Below, piece after piece: positions 1-12,700 of a DNA stretch of 64,000 bases. The position numbers were made by a program, and so were the translations under genes. The stretch is taken from assembly GCF_902459465.1 (NCBI RefSeq), contig NC_047067.1, forward strand, positions 7,750,001-7,814,000, read 5' to 3'. The notes under the pieces are model-generated. The model saw only the letters and a program-made list of their open reading frames with translations. It was not told the DNA's origin and did not search any database. Source of the stretch: Asterias rubens. Taxonomy: Eukaryota. Position 1 is the stretch's first letter. Every line of letters starts with the position of its first letter.

Positions 1-504
1 TCACGAGTCAGTATATGTTCAGGCAGTTTGGAGGCAGCACTGCAGTATTACACAATAGGTGTTTATCTAAATCCTGAAGAGATTGTTTTGAAAAATTCAC
101 TTTTTTTGTTTGTCCAGAACAAGTAAAGACTACCTTTTTTATTATAGCCCTTTTAAACAAGTATCCAGTATTTAATGAAGAACCAAAAAGAAATATACAG
201 ATGGGGTATCAATTAGGGTTTGGCATGGATTGCAAGCAAGTTTGTAGTCATATATTATTGAAAATTTGAAAAATCTATATCAATCATGGTATCCAAGTTA
301 ATTTTCTTTTTAGGTTTATACAAGCCTTTATTTATTTTTCTTTGAGCAATCATGACTGTTGGCATCAATAACAGATTATCAGAACATTTTGAACATGGTA
401 TAAACTATCATTAATATGTATTTAAATTATGGCATACTGTAGGCCTAAGATCTTTGTTACTGAAGATGTTTGTAAACACTTTGAAAAATCTTTCACCAAC
501 TCAC

Positions 505-792
505 GTTTTGTCGCTATGATGGCCGATGCCTCGCATGGTTCGCTTGCACCGTATGAGTTCATTGCTGTCACTCGGAACTGGTAGTCCGCCTCTGGTTTTA
601 GTCCAACAATCGTGTGGAAGCAGTTGCGACTGGTGACGCAGCGAGCCCATGCCTCGGATTTGCCGTCTCGTTTCTCCACGACGTAACTGGTGATTGTGCT
701 GCCTCCATCGTGGAGAGGCGGTTGCCAGGAGAGACGGACCGTGTCAGAAGTCACGTCTAAGACCTCAAGATTTCGAGGAGGATCAGGATGTC
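505..792 (-). CDS. exon E83, Fn3
   Basis: 288 nt, phase 1-1, RHPDPPRNL...IATK, donor C|GTGAGT. Confidence 0.9.
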
Positions 793-3623
793 CTATAAGA
801 GATAAGAATAGTGAGGATTTTGGGTAAAGTTGAGTACAAAACATTATACAATAAATAAATGTATAAAGGCTGATTACATACAAGCCTCGGCTTATTACAT
901 GTAAGTCGGCCTCCATACTACAATGTATGCACTCTGTAATGCTGTCATGTGTTTATGACAGTATGGCTATAAATATAAATTGAATTTAATTGAATTTAAT
1001 TATTTGTCATGTTTGGTATTATAACATCCGTTGAAGTGGTTGAAGTCAAGTTCTGGTTCCTCCATTCCCAGAAACTCAAATTGAACACCAGGGCTCAATG
1101 TTACAAAGAGCTAAGATTGATCTTGACTACGAATCAATCTTAGTTTCCAAGCAAAGTTTGATTTCACAATACAAACCAATATGGGAATACTGACAACTCA
1201 CTCATCTTATGATGATTCGTAGTGCTTTGTGAAACTGTCCCCCTGGTCTGGCACAGTTTCTATGTCCTTGAAAATAAATCTCAAAGCTAACAGACATAGG
1301 TAGTCCATCAGATGTTTTAAGGAACCAGGAGGACTTGGAATAAAAGGACTGAATTTAAGTCAAGGAGTACGACTGAATTGCTGCGTTATGTCTCAATGAG
1401 TGAAACAATACTTACTCAAGATGTTGATGACAATACTCGCAGACTCGTGTCCGAGCTCATTGGTAGCGACGATCGTATACTTGCCAGCATCCTCCTTACT
1501 GATCTTATTAATGGACAGAGTAGTCTCCTTGTCCGTAGTCTTGATGTCCAGATCAGTGCGCGGCACGACGTCCACGCCATCTCGGTCCCAGGTGATGGTG
1601 GGTAGCGGTGTGCCTGTGTAGGCAATCCTTAGCTTTAGGTTCTCTCCCTGGAGACAGTCCAGAGGGACGCGGAGACGTGGCGGGACGTTGACTTTAGGAG
1701 CGACTGATCAGAGAAAGAGAGGGGCAGAGAATGTGAGACTCACATCTAGAATTGGGTGAGATTGCAAAACCTAAAAATAGTGTGACTTTGAGAGAAAATT
1801 GAAACTTGGGTAAATGTTTCTTTTACTTGCCGATTTGTTTCACTTTTTACAACAGTTTTAGATTTGTGTGTAGAAATCTGTAGAAGGCAAACCAGACACA
1901 TGTTGCACCAAAAAAGTTCATGAGTGCCAGAAAATAGTCATTATCCACGTGTTTTCATTCTTTGTTTTTCGTTTGCCCAATTATTTTTTTGTTTTTTTAA
2001 ATGAATTTCAAGCCTTAAAAATCTTGGTGGATTGAAATAACCCACCTTGTAGTTTGACGCTGGCCTTCTCTGTTTGTGAACCTCCTTTGTTCATAACCTT
2101 GACAGTGATATCCCCAGTATCCTCATCATACACATCACTGATGGTCAACGTGTGAATGTTACCAGTGGATCTGACTTTGTACTTCCTGCTGTCGAGAAGC
2201 TCACGTCCTAGACGGTACCAGTGGACCTGTGGGGTCGGGTACCCGGCGACTTCACACTCTAGGGTACCAGCCCTACCTTGGGTCACTGCGATGGACTTTG
2301 GCTCACGTACAAAGGTGGCTGGTATTGAGCCTGTAAATTAAATAATTTTCAGACCAAAATATAATAATAATATAATAATAAATGGTTTTTATATAGCTCT
2401 TTACACACCCAAAGGGCATCTCAAAGCGCTTGCAACAGTATTACCCCCTGGTCACTCTGGGCCATTTAACCACTTCTGCTAAGCAGAAGTTAGCGAAGCA
2501 ATACTTTGTGACTAGGCAGCTCTGCATATATTTGGGCCTAGTCTTTACCGAAAGTATTTAATAAATTTCAACTTTGAACATTTTATTGATTTTCAAGACT
2601 AAAACAAATTGGTCGGGTGAAAGTTAATCAACAGTTTACTTCAAAATCAGCATAACTTCACCCACCTCTGGGGTCCTTTACGACCACTCTCTGCGATGCT
2701 TCACTAGCCGGACTGAATCCAGCCTTATTCTCAGCAAGCACACGGAACTCATACTCAGAGTCTTCAATCAGATTGATCACTGTGTGGTTAGTTCCGGATA
2801 CGTCTTCCCGGTTGGCACGGAACCAGCGTGTGCTGGTGGTCTCACGCTTCTCAATGATGTAGCCGGTGATCGGGCTGTTTCCGTCAGACTTTGGTGGTTG
2901 CCATGACAGGAAGACTGAGCTACGTTGGATCTCGGATATGGTTGGCTTCCCTGGGGCTGTGGGAACATCTTTAAGGGACAAGATAAACATGAAATGCATG
3001 AGCGCAATATACATTTATTACAACTTAAAAATGATTCGTTACAGTGCGATGTATAAAACTTATTCGTACATCCGGCATGGCCATGTTTGCTTTGAAAGAA
3101 TGAAAGACATTAAAACAGATTAGCAACATACATTGGTTGCAAGCCACATGAGAACTAATTGTGGTAAAAACTAACAAAATGAGACAAAGAAAAAACTACA
3201 TGTTTAGTTTTCATTTCTTTGCAGCATCTGTTGGATCTATTGGTTAAGGACAAAATTTTCAAGACTAGGACTCAAACCCACACTCTGCTGATCAGAAACA
3301 CCAGAGCTTGAGCCATGGCACTCAACATAATAGACCGATCCACTAAGCTCCGCCCCATTGCGTATTGACCAATCACAACGCAACGAAGGTCCGACACTAA
3401 GGTCCAACATGCGTGCGCGTATCTTGGCGCGCGCGGCAGAGTTGTGCAGAAAGGCATTGGAGAGCCCCACGTGTTCTTGCTCACACGTGCGTCGTGGGCG
3501 GAGCCTACTGGATCGATCTATTACCAATAGTGTCCACTGTCTTTAAGGAAAAAGATTTTCAAGAATAGGACTCGAACCCACACTCTGCTGATCAGAAACA
3601 CCAGAGCTTGAGCCACGGCACTC

Positions 3624-3709
<86 letters not shown>

Positions 3710-6700
3710 GACATTTGTAAAGCGCCTAATACAAAAGCCTCTAAGCGCATAAAAGAAACAATAAAATAAAAAATTAGAGAAAGATACAAATAGGCAAATT
3801 ACAAAAAAGAAGCTTTAAACAATGAGTTTTCAACAGGGACTTAAAACATTGTAAAGTATTAGCTTGGCGAATATGCACAGGAAGACTATTCCAAAGAAAC
3901 GGTGTGGCGTAAGAAAAAGATCTGTGGCCATAAAAAATGGAAGAAGCTCTAGTAGCAGAAAGCAATGACTGTTGAGATGATCGTAAAGTCCGAGTAGGGG
4001 AATAATGATGAACAAGTTCAGATAAATAAGCAGGAGATTGACATGTTTGAGCCTTGAAAGTTAACAGAAGAATTTTGTAAACTGTTCGAAACTTAACTGG
4101 GAGCCAATACAATTGCATTAGTACAGGTGTAATATGGTGAGAACGAGGCAGACAAGAAACGAGGCGAGCAGCAGTGTTCTGTACACGTTGAATTTTAGCA
4201 AGATCTTTATCGGGGAGTCCATACAGAAGTGAATTGCAGAAATCAAGTCTAGTAGTGACGAAGGCATGAACAAGACGAAGAGTAGTTGCTTCATCCAGGT
4301 AGCGGCGAATTTGTGATATTTTCCTAATAGCCATGAGAGCTCCTTTGCAAACATTTTTCAATAAAATGTTCCTCCAATGGAAGGTAAATCACTCAACATA
4401 ATTGTCTTGTTGTTGCAGGGAGGGAATATCAACATACCGTATGGAGCCTTGGCTCTGACTGATTCTTGCCCAATCAGAGGTTCGCTGGCACCATGCTGAT
4501 TCTCTGCTGAGATACGGAACACGTATGAAGTCCCTTCAATGAGTGCTCCGACTGTGTGCTCAGTGCTTGATGTTACTGAGCCAGCATTCTGCCAAATGGT
4601 CCTGTAATTATAACATTGGAAAATAAACCTTTTATTGTTAATATATGGATTTCATTTCCAAATGATTGTTTTTGAGTTCAACACAATGCTACCAATATTA
4701 GTGAAAAGAAAATAAGATCCAAAGAGAGAGGTACATTTCATGTATTTTGAATTGTTGGAAATCTTAAATTGTGGAAACAAATGCAGTGAAAGAGTACATA
4801 AATGAGACAGAGAAGTATTTGGGGGAATCACATAAGGATGTGCCGACAAGATTTACCTTTCATTGGAGATATATTTTATTAAAAAATGTTTCTTTTGTCA
4901 GGCATAATATTTGGTCCTTGGAAAAAAGTAGGAAAACTCACAAGGGCAAACCTATATGTAAACAGGGTGTAGGCTCTAATGGTCAGGCATCATTAATCAC
5001 AATGTTACTGAGTTTTCGGAGGGAACAAAACATCAGAAAACAGACTGAAGTAGTAAGAATATCATGACTGATTTGTACTTCATTTGACTGACCTGTTGGG
5101 TTCTCTCATCTCAATGATGTAGCGTAGTATTGGACTTCCTCCGTCGTCAGCTGGTGGCTTCCAGGAGAGAGTGATGGACTTCTTAGTAACCTCCGCCGTG
5201 ACGACTGGACCAAGGGGTGGCCCTGGTTTGTCTGTAATAATAAACAATTTCCAGAATAGTTATAAGTCTGACAACTGCCAAAAGGGGTGAAAATGTGACT
5301 ATATTTTCACGTATGTACTATGACATGAGATGCAACCACAACTGAGTTGTATTCACTTCTTATAATTGAGTTTGGCCTACAGACTTTTATAGCTGCCAAT
5401 TACCAAACTAGCAATAAACCAAGGCTTCAATAATAATCCATCTTTTTACTATTTTTCCACACTCCGAAACAAACCCACCAGCAAATCTTTTAAACTATCT
5501 CAACTGATATTGGTATTGCTATACTACCTGGATGAAGGAGATTATTCAGAAATATATCTCAACTGAGTCAGCCGAATTCCTCTTCAACTTTCACCTTCTT
5601 ACCTTTTTACCTTCTTACAATTTACTCTTAACTTGACATTGTAAGTTAGGTATTGGTTGCAGCTGCTAGATGATGAATACAAGTGTGGTTTACTACAAAT
5701 ATTATCACTCTTACCAACGACCTTGACTTTAGCGGAAACTTTCTGCACTCCAAACTCGTTCTCTGCCTCCAGGATGTAGATACCGCTGTCCTCCCTCTCC
5801 GTCTCTCTGATGGTCAGATCAGCTTCTCCTCCAGAGGTGTCTACCCGGAATCGTCCCTTCGTAGTAATCTCCTCGTCTCCATCTTCCTTCTTCCACCTGA
5901 GGACTGGTTTCGGGGTGCCGGTGAAGGGGATATGGATGTGGAGACTGTTGCCAGCTTTGATGGTGATTTCTCTCATGCGCCGATCCAGGTCTAGTGATGG
6001 GAGTGCTGAACGGTGGGGGAAAGAGAATGAGTACAAATCATCAGCTCAGTGCTGTAAAGTCACTGTGTAACATTGTTATCAAAGAGGTTAAACGTAAAAA
6101 AACGTATTACTCTGAAAAAATAACTTAAAATCTATAAACAATGGGAGACTTTCAGTCGGTCCGTTTTAATAGTTCTTGCCAGTAGTGCGCATGCTCAGAC
6201 CAACATGCACAATTATGAGCATGTACACACCGTTCAGAGCTGCAAAAAAAAGTGTTATGTCTGCTGCCGCCACCGTCTCAAAGTCTCCCTTTACTTTGAA
6301 GACTTTTTGATAAATAAAGTCCATTTATTAGAAGCTCAAAAATATTTTATGGCAATTTATGAAATTCACACTAACTGGGCCCAATTTCATAGAGCTGCTT
6401 AGCACAAAAATTTGCTTAGCATGAAATGTCTGTCTTTATAAAAACAGGATTACCAACCAAATTTCCTATTGTTGCATGTTGCTTGTGACATTCCGCTGTT
6501 GTTTGCTTATCCTGAAAGTCACGTGGAAATTTGGTTGGCAATCCTGTTTTTATCAAGGCAAAAAATGTCATGCTAAGCAAATTCGTGTGCTTAGCAGCTC
6601 TATGAAACTGGGCCCTGGTACTAAGAGCCTTTTAAAACTTAGCTGACAAAAGACAGATCATCCAAAGCTTAACAATTTTCAATGGATAGTATTAAATACA

Positions 6701-9700
6701 TTAGTTTTAAAAAGGCTGTGTAAATCTTGCAATATTTTAAGTGGGTGATTTGGTTTCCTTCACATACAAAGCAATATACACAGATGAAGAAACCAAAGAC
6801 TGCTTTAATATTCAAATCTGCTTCAGACTTGCCGGCTTAGCGCTTAGTGTTTCTGAGTTCATGACTCCATATATAAAATGAACAGTTTTAAATATTTACA
6901 AATCTCTCTGACATAAATGCAAATTTATCTCAAAGAACTAACATTTCATCACAACAAAGACTATTAAATATGGTTATTTGAATTTCCTCGACTTACATTT
7001 GATGTGTAACTCAACGGATGCGCGGACCTTGCCGTTCTCATTCTGCGCTACGGCTGTGTACATGCCACTGTCGGTCTCTCTTGCCTCAAGAATGCTGAGT
7101 CGATGCAAACCATCCTTGTCAACGGTTATGTTGTACTTGCGGCCTGTGAACAATTCGTGTCCCTTACGCACCCTAGATTCAAACACGGAAAGTTTGAAAC
7201 TTTGTATGATTATACCATTTTCACTTTCACAAATTTATAACTATGTAACAATCCAAAAAAGGTTGTCCCCTGAGTTGTCCACAGCATGAAATTTGTATAT
7301 TTGATACCTCACCATGCAATGCCTCAAATCCCACATTTATAAGCATGCATTTCCTAACACAAAAATAAAAAGATAAACCGTATGAAACATATGTCATCTT
7401 TATCTTCCCAACATAAACATTCTTTATTCTTCACTTTACACGTTTTAGGAAAGCTGAAGTGTAAGAACAAACAAAATGATCGAAAACCCAACATAATTAT
7501 TTGAACAACCTAAAAGTCAAGAATACGGGTAAGAGGAGGCCAGTGCAACCCTTCAAACTACACAATGCTTTTGGCAAGTCAGTGCATTTATTATTATGTG
7601 ACTATATTAGGAAGGTAAACAGGCAGTAACTCAAGGTTAGCCCCATTGTTTTTGAAAAAAAAAGTAATTTCTAACTCAAATAATAAAAGCCTTCAGGTCC
7701 TTTATCAGGCATCTGAAAGCACACCAATTTGTGCCAAAAAGGGTGTTTTTTCTTTCATTATTCTCTTGCAACTTCGATGAACAATTGAGTTCAAATGTTC
7801 ACAGATTTGTTAATTTATGCGTATGTTGAGATACACCAAGTGAGAATACTGATCTTTGACAATTACCAAAAGGTGTCCAGAGCCTTTAAAATGCGATGGT
7901 CATGTTTGTGTTTTATAATACAACCAGCAACTTACCATACTACTTGTGGGGCTGGTGTGCCGGTCACTCTACAAGTGAAGTCTGCCCTGGTTTTGTCAGT
8001 GGCTAGTATGCTCTGGGGTTCTTGGGTGAATGTTGGTGCAACTCCAGCTAAAAGTCAAAATGAAATATAAGGTTTTTAGAAACTTTAACAAACAAATTGA
8101 GGTTCTTTTAGATGTGAGTGGTTTGGCAAAGTTTAACTGAAAGGAATTACTTCAACAAGCATTAAAACATTTTGTATTATAGGTCCAACCTCTGCTGTCC
8201 CTACTCGTTTAAAAAGTTTAAAAAATCTTTCCATTTTCAAAATGACATTTTGAAATAAAAAGCTGGTTTATAGAAAAACAGACTGATAGTCGCTGTTAAA
8301 ACTGTTGAAAAAATATATAATAAAGTTACATTTGGTGCAACTCCAGCTTAAAGTCCAAATTACATGTAAATATAAGGTTTTACAAACTTTAACAACTAAA
8401 TTGAGGTTCTTTTAGCTGTGAGTTTAACTGAAAGGAATTGGTTCATCAAGCATTCAACAAATTTTCATATATCTTTCATATCTTTAAAATGATAGTTCTT
8501 ACTGCTTTTGATTCCTACTCCTTTAAAAAAACTTCCATTTTCACAATGATATTTTGAAATATATAATTAAAAACTGTTTAAATCAAAGTAAAATTCTACT
8601 CACGGAGTACATCTCTTGCGACGAACCCTTCAGACACCTTACTGGGGTCGCTCTCCATCCCGGCAGAGTTCACCGCACACACCCTGAACACATACTCAGT
8701 GTCTTTGACCAAGTTGCCCACCAAGCAGGAGTTGCTGGGGACGGACGCCTTATCCGTCCAATCGTGTTGTCCCTTGATCCTACGCTCCACTGTGTAGTGC
8801 ATGATTGGCTGACCACCATCGGAGTATGGTACGGTCCAGTTGAGCTGGACGGATGTAGCGGTGACATCTTTGATTGTGGGAATACCGGGAGGGGAAGGTC
8901 GTCCTGATGGTAGTAAATAGTAACAAAAAATTAAAGACATCAATTTCTAGCGCATTTCAACTAACATCAATAGTGTTACACCAAACTAATTTCAAAGGAC
9001 CATCAAAAGAGTAGCCTCACATTTTGGAAAAACAAAATTAAAACCATTTCAGATTATTATTTATTTTTCCTAAGTTTAACAAAGAAACTGCAAGATTACA
9101 ACTTATTGTAAAAATCTGTCGGAGAATTACATATTCTGTGAAAGTTCTGCAAAGTACTTTGGCATTTTTAAAATCAGCTCAAAAATTTAAGAACACTTTA
9201 AAGAGTTCCTATTTTTGAAGTAAACTTCATCTTGTTGGAGCCACATTTTATTCTCTATTTCATTTAAATGAAAACAAATATAAGATGAAGAGAAGGATGG
9301 ACTACATAATTACTTCACAAGCCAACAGCCAAAGTCTGTACTCCATTTGAACAATAGGGTGACAGCCTATAGAAAGTGTCCCTTCTAAATTAAATTTACA
9401 ATGGAAATCAGGTCTCCATGTAGTTCATACTAATGTATGGCACCTTTTGGTTCTTTGCAAAAATAAAAATTCTTTGTTTTGAGTGGAATGTGACAAGATT
9501 ATTCTCAAACTTACTGGCAGGATCCTTGGCGACCCTAGGTGGATGAGTGGGTTCACTTGGCTTGCCCAACCCGATCTGGTTCTGAGCAATCACTCGGAAC
9601 TCATACTGGTACCCTTCAATCAGTCCCTTTATTGAGTAGGTTGTATCCGTCACCGGTTCCTTGTTGTCTCGCGTCCATAGCAGTCCGAAGTTCTCACGTT

Positions 9701-12700
9701 TCTCGATGATGTAGCCTGTGATTGGCCGGCCGCCGTTATGCTGCGGCTCCGTCCACGTCAGGGTCATGTGATCCCGGAAGATGTTATGGACTTCGGGTTT
9801 ACCTGGGGCACTCGGAACGGCTGCAGTGAATGGATGAAGGTTAAAAAATACGTAATGATAACTGGGCTTAGACTGAAATGTGCTCAAAAGATAAGTGTGT
9901 TGAGATTTCTTTCAGTTATGTTATTTTTATTGTTATAAAAGAGGACTCAAAATTACTACCAGATTATAGAGTTTGGATAAGAAGTTTGAGCAAAAAACTG
10001 CAGAAACAATATGCAGACAGTGTAAAGTTTGTGAAATTTGATTTAGTTGGTTAACACTAAAGAGACAATTGTGTTAAAGACGGGAGCACTTCAATAAAGA
10101 TAAGGAGAAACAGTTGCCTGTAAGTTTTATGCTTGCACCAAATGAAAAAAAAAATACTTTGACAATCAAGTATGAACTCCAAACCCATCTATTTTAAGAA
10201 GTTGTTTCACCTTCTGTCTATTTTGTATATAGTTTCCAGAAGTCAGCTGAGTTAGGGTTTTCTGCGCCAGGATTGTAACTTTGTGACAGACATGGCACAT
10301 TATAAGTCTCAATTTGTATTATTATTACTATTATTCTTGTACTTATAAAACTTAAGTCTTTGATTACGGACTCTAAGACTCACAATATAGGCTCTTGCAA
10401 ATGACTGCTTCTTTCCCTTCCAGAGGGCTTCCAACACCGTTGATGTTCTCAGCACTGACTCGGAACTCATACTCCATGTTCTCACTCAGTCCTTCCACAC
10501 TGTAGGATGTTGACGTAGCGTATGTAGTGACAACCATCCACAGCTTGCGTCCCTTCTCCCGTTTTTCAATGGTGTAGTATTCAATCTTGGAGCCACCATC
10601 TTCCTTTGGCGGTGACCAGGAGAGGTTGACTGAGAAGCGACCGATGTCAGAGATCTCAAGAGGTCCAGTGGGTGGGCCGGGAACATCTGGAAATTGAACG
10701 GTGTGAATAATAACAAGTTGAAAAAGCTGCTTCATCAGCAGCTACAGGATATTTCCCTATTTTCATTGTGTTTACCATTCAATAATTGATGATAAGCAAA
10801 GTGCAGAGATTTCATAATTGTATCTGATAGACTACCAAGTTTGATAGACTTGTTTTCATAGCAGAGCCAATTCATTTAGGCAGACAATAATTGTTAACCT
10901 TTCAAAAGCTCTTACCAAGGAAGCAAGGTCTAAAAACAATTTTTTTGTTTTTTTTAAACTTGATGGTGTTTGAGTTGACCCTCTTCTAAAAAGTGACACT
11001 TACAGGAATTATATTTGATTAAGTGACACTTACAGGAATGACATTTGATTCTTTGTTCATATGGTGTACGGTTAAATACATTTTTCAGGCTGTTTTAATG
11101 CAATTTTTCTGATTTTTCCAAAAGACAAACAAATCAGACTAAAGTATGAAGAATATCATGCCTGCACTTACCGACCACGATGACATGGATGTTAGCGGTG
11201 TGCTTGCCGGCTTCGTTACTGACGGTCAGTGAGTACTGTCCAGTGTCCGATCGAATGGTGCTCTTAATCACCAACTCCGTCCTCGTCTCCTGCTTCTCGA
11301 TCTTGGTACGAGTGTCTTCACTGATGCGTCGGTCGTGACGATACCACTCGGCGGTCGGGGTAGGGCATCCTGTGAAGGGTACGTAGAGGCGGAGGAGGTT
11401 GCCGGCTCGCACTGTGATCACATCCTTGAAGGCCGACAGGTCAATCTTGGGTTCAGCTGCAGATGATTGAAACAGAAAGAAAAAAACGGTTTGTTTGAGT
11501 AACAAGAACATCTATCTGTCCAACGGTATTCATTTCATCTGAATGCTTTTTTAAGCCCAAAGCACCCAATCCTAAGGCACTTTGACTTTTGAACCTCTTT
11601 AGGAGGAAACCCAAGTCCAGTGATCTTACAAAAATAATATAACATATTTGTATAGTGCCTACTGCAGGCCAGCCTCTACGCGCTTCAGAAAAAAAGTTTT
11701 AGATAGAGTTTATGTTTGAGCTACGACTGATAGTATTCTTGGAAGAGAAACGATTTAAGGTTAAAATTGAAAGAGTCAACAGAAGGAGAGCTTTTTATTC
11801 GGTATAATCTTATGTGTATAAGTTCTATAGAATAAGAGAGGGACACCTACATTTGACCTTGACCATTGCTTCTGTGTAGGTATCTCCGCATCGGCAGGAG
11901 TACTTCCCGATATCTCTGGGTCCCACATCTCGGATGACCAGAGCTCTGCGTTGACCTTCCCTGATGATGCTGTGTCTGTCAATGGCAAAGATCTGCACTC
12001 CATTCATGAACCATTTTACCTCTGCCTTGGCATTGGAGATCCGGCACTCTAGAGTCACTGTCTTGCCCACTTTGGAGGAGATGTCCGTTAAGGGCTCTGT
12101 GAATTCAGCCATTTCTGTTGAGAAAGAGAATTTAAATCCAGTATTGAAAGTGACCTAATATAGATAAGACTTAAGGCTATCCATGGTGGAAAATACTTAG
12201 TCGCTAAGGTTCATGGTGACACCATGTGAAAATCTCTATAATGAGTAATGGTGGCTCTGAGAAAAGGCGGGTTGTGCTGCTCAAATGAATAATTATAGTC
12301 TAAATAGACACTTGCATATGACATCACAGGCCCCCAAATATTGCGACCTCACTGAAGTCAGTGCAGAATACTGACCTACAATTAGCTAAGAGTTATGCAC
12401 AGTTTGTGTACCCAAGTGATGGCGGCCATTACAAGGGGTCTTTAGCTCAAAGTGACCAACAAAAGGTAGAAATTCATCCTAAATATTAACTGACCAAACA
12501 AAGGTAGAAGTTATACCTCACCTCTATTTTCAACTTAGAAGTATTTTCAAGAAAATAACGGTACAAAATATTAGTAATTTGTGTTTTGCCATGATCAGTG
12601 CCCAAACATAAAGTATCAGATATACATGTCTGTCACTTCTATATTCAACTTGAGAAGTATTTTCAAGCAAATAACAGTACAAAATATTAGTAAATATATT

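Noticed and set aside
3521-3709. Poly-leucine ORF
   Set aside because: It is a translation of the (TTA)n tail of the L2 element.
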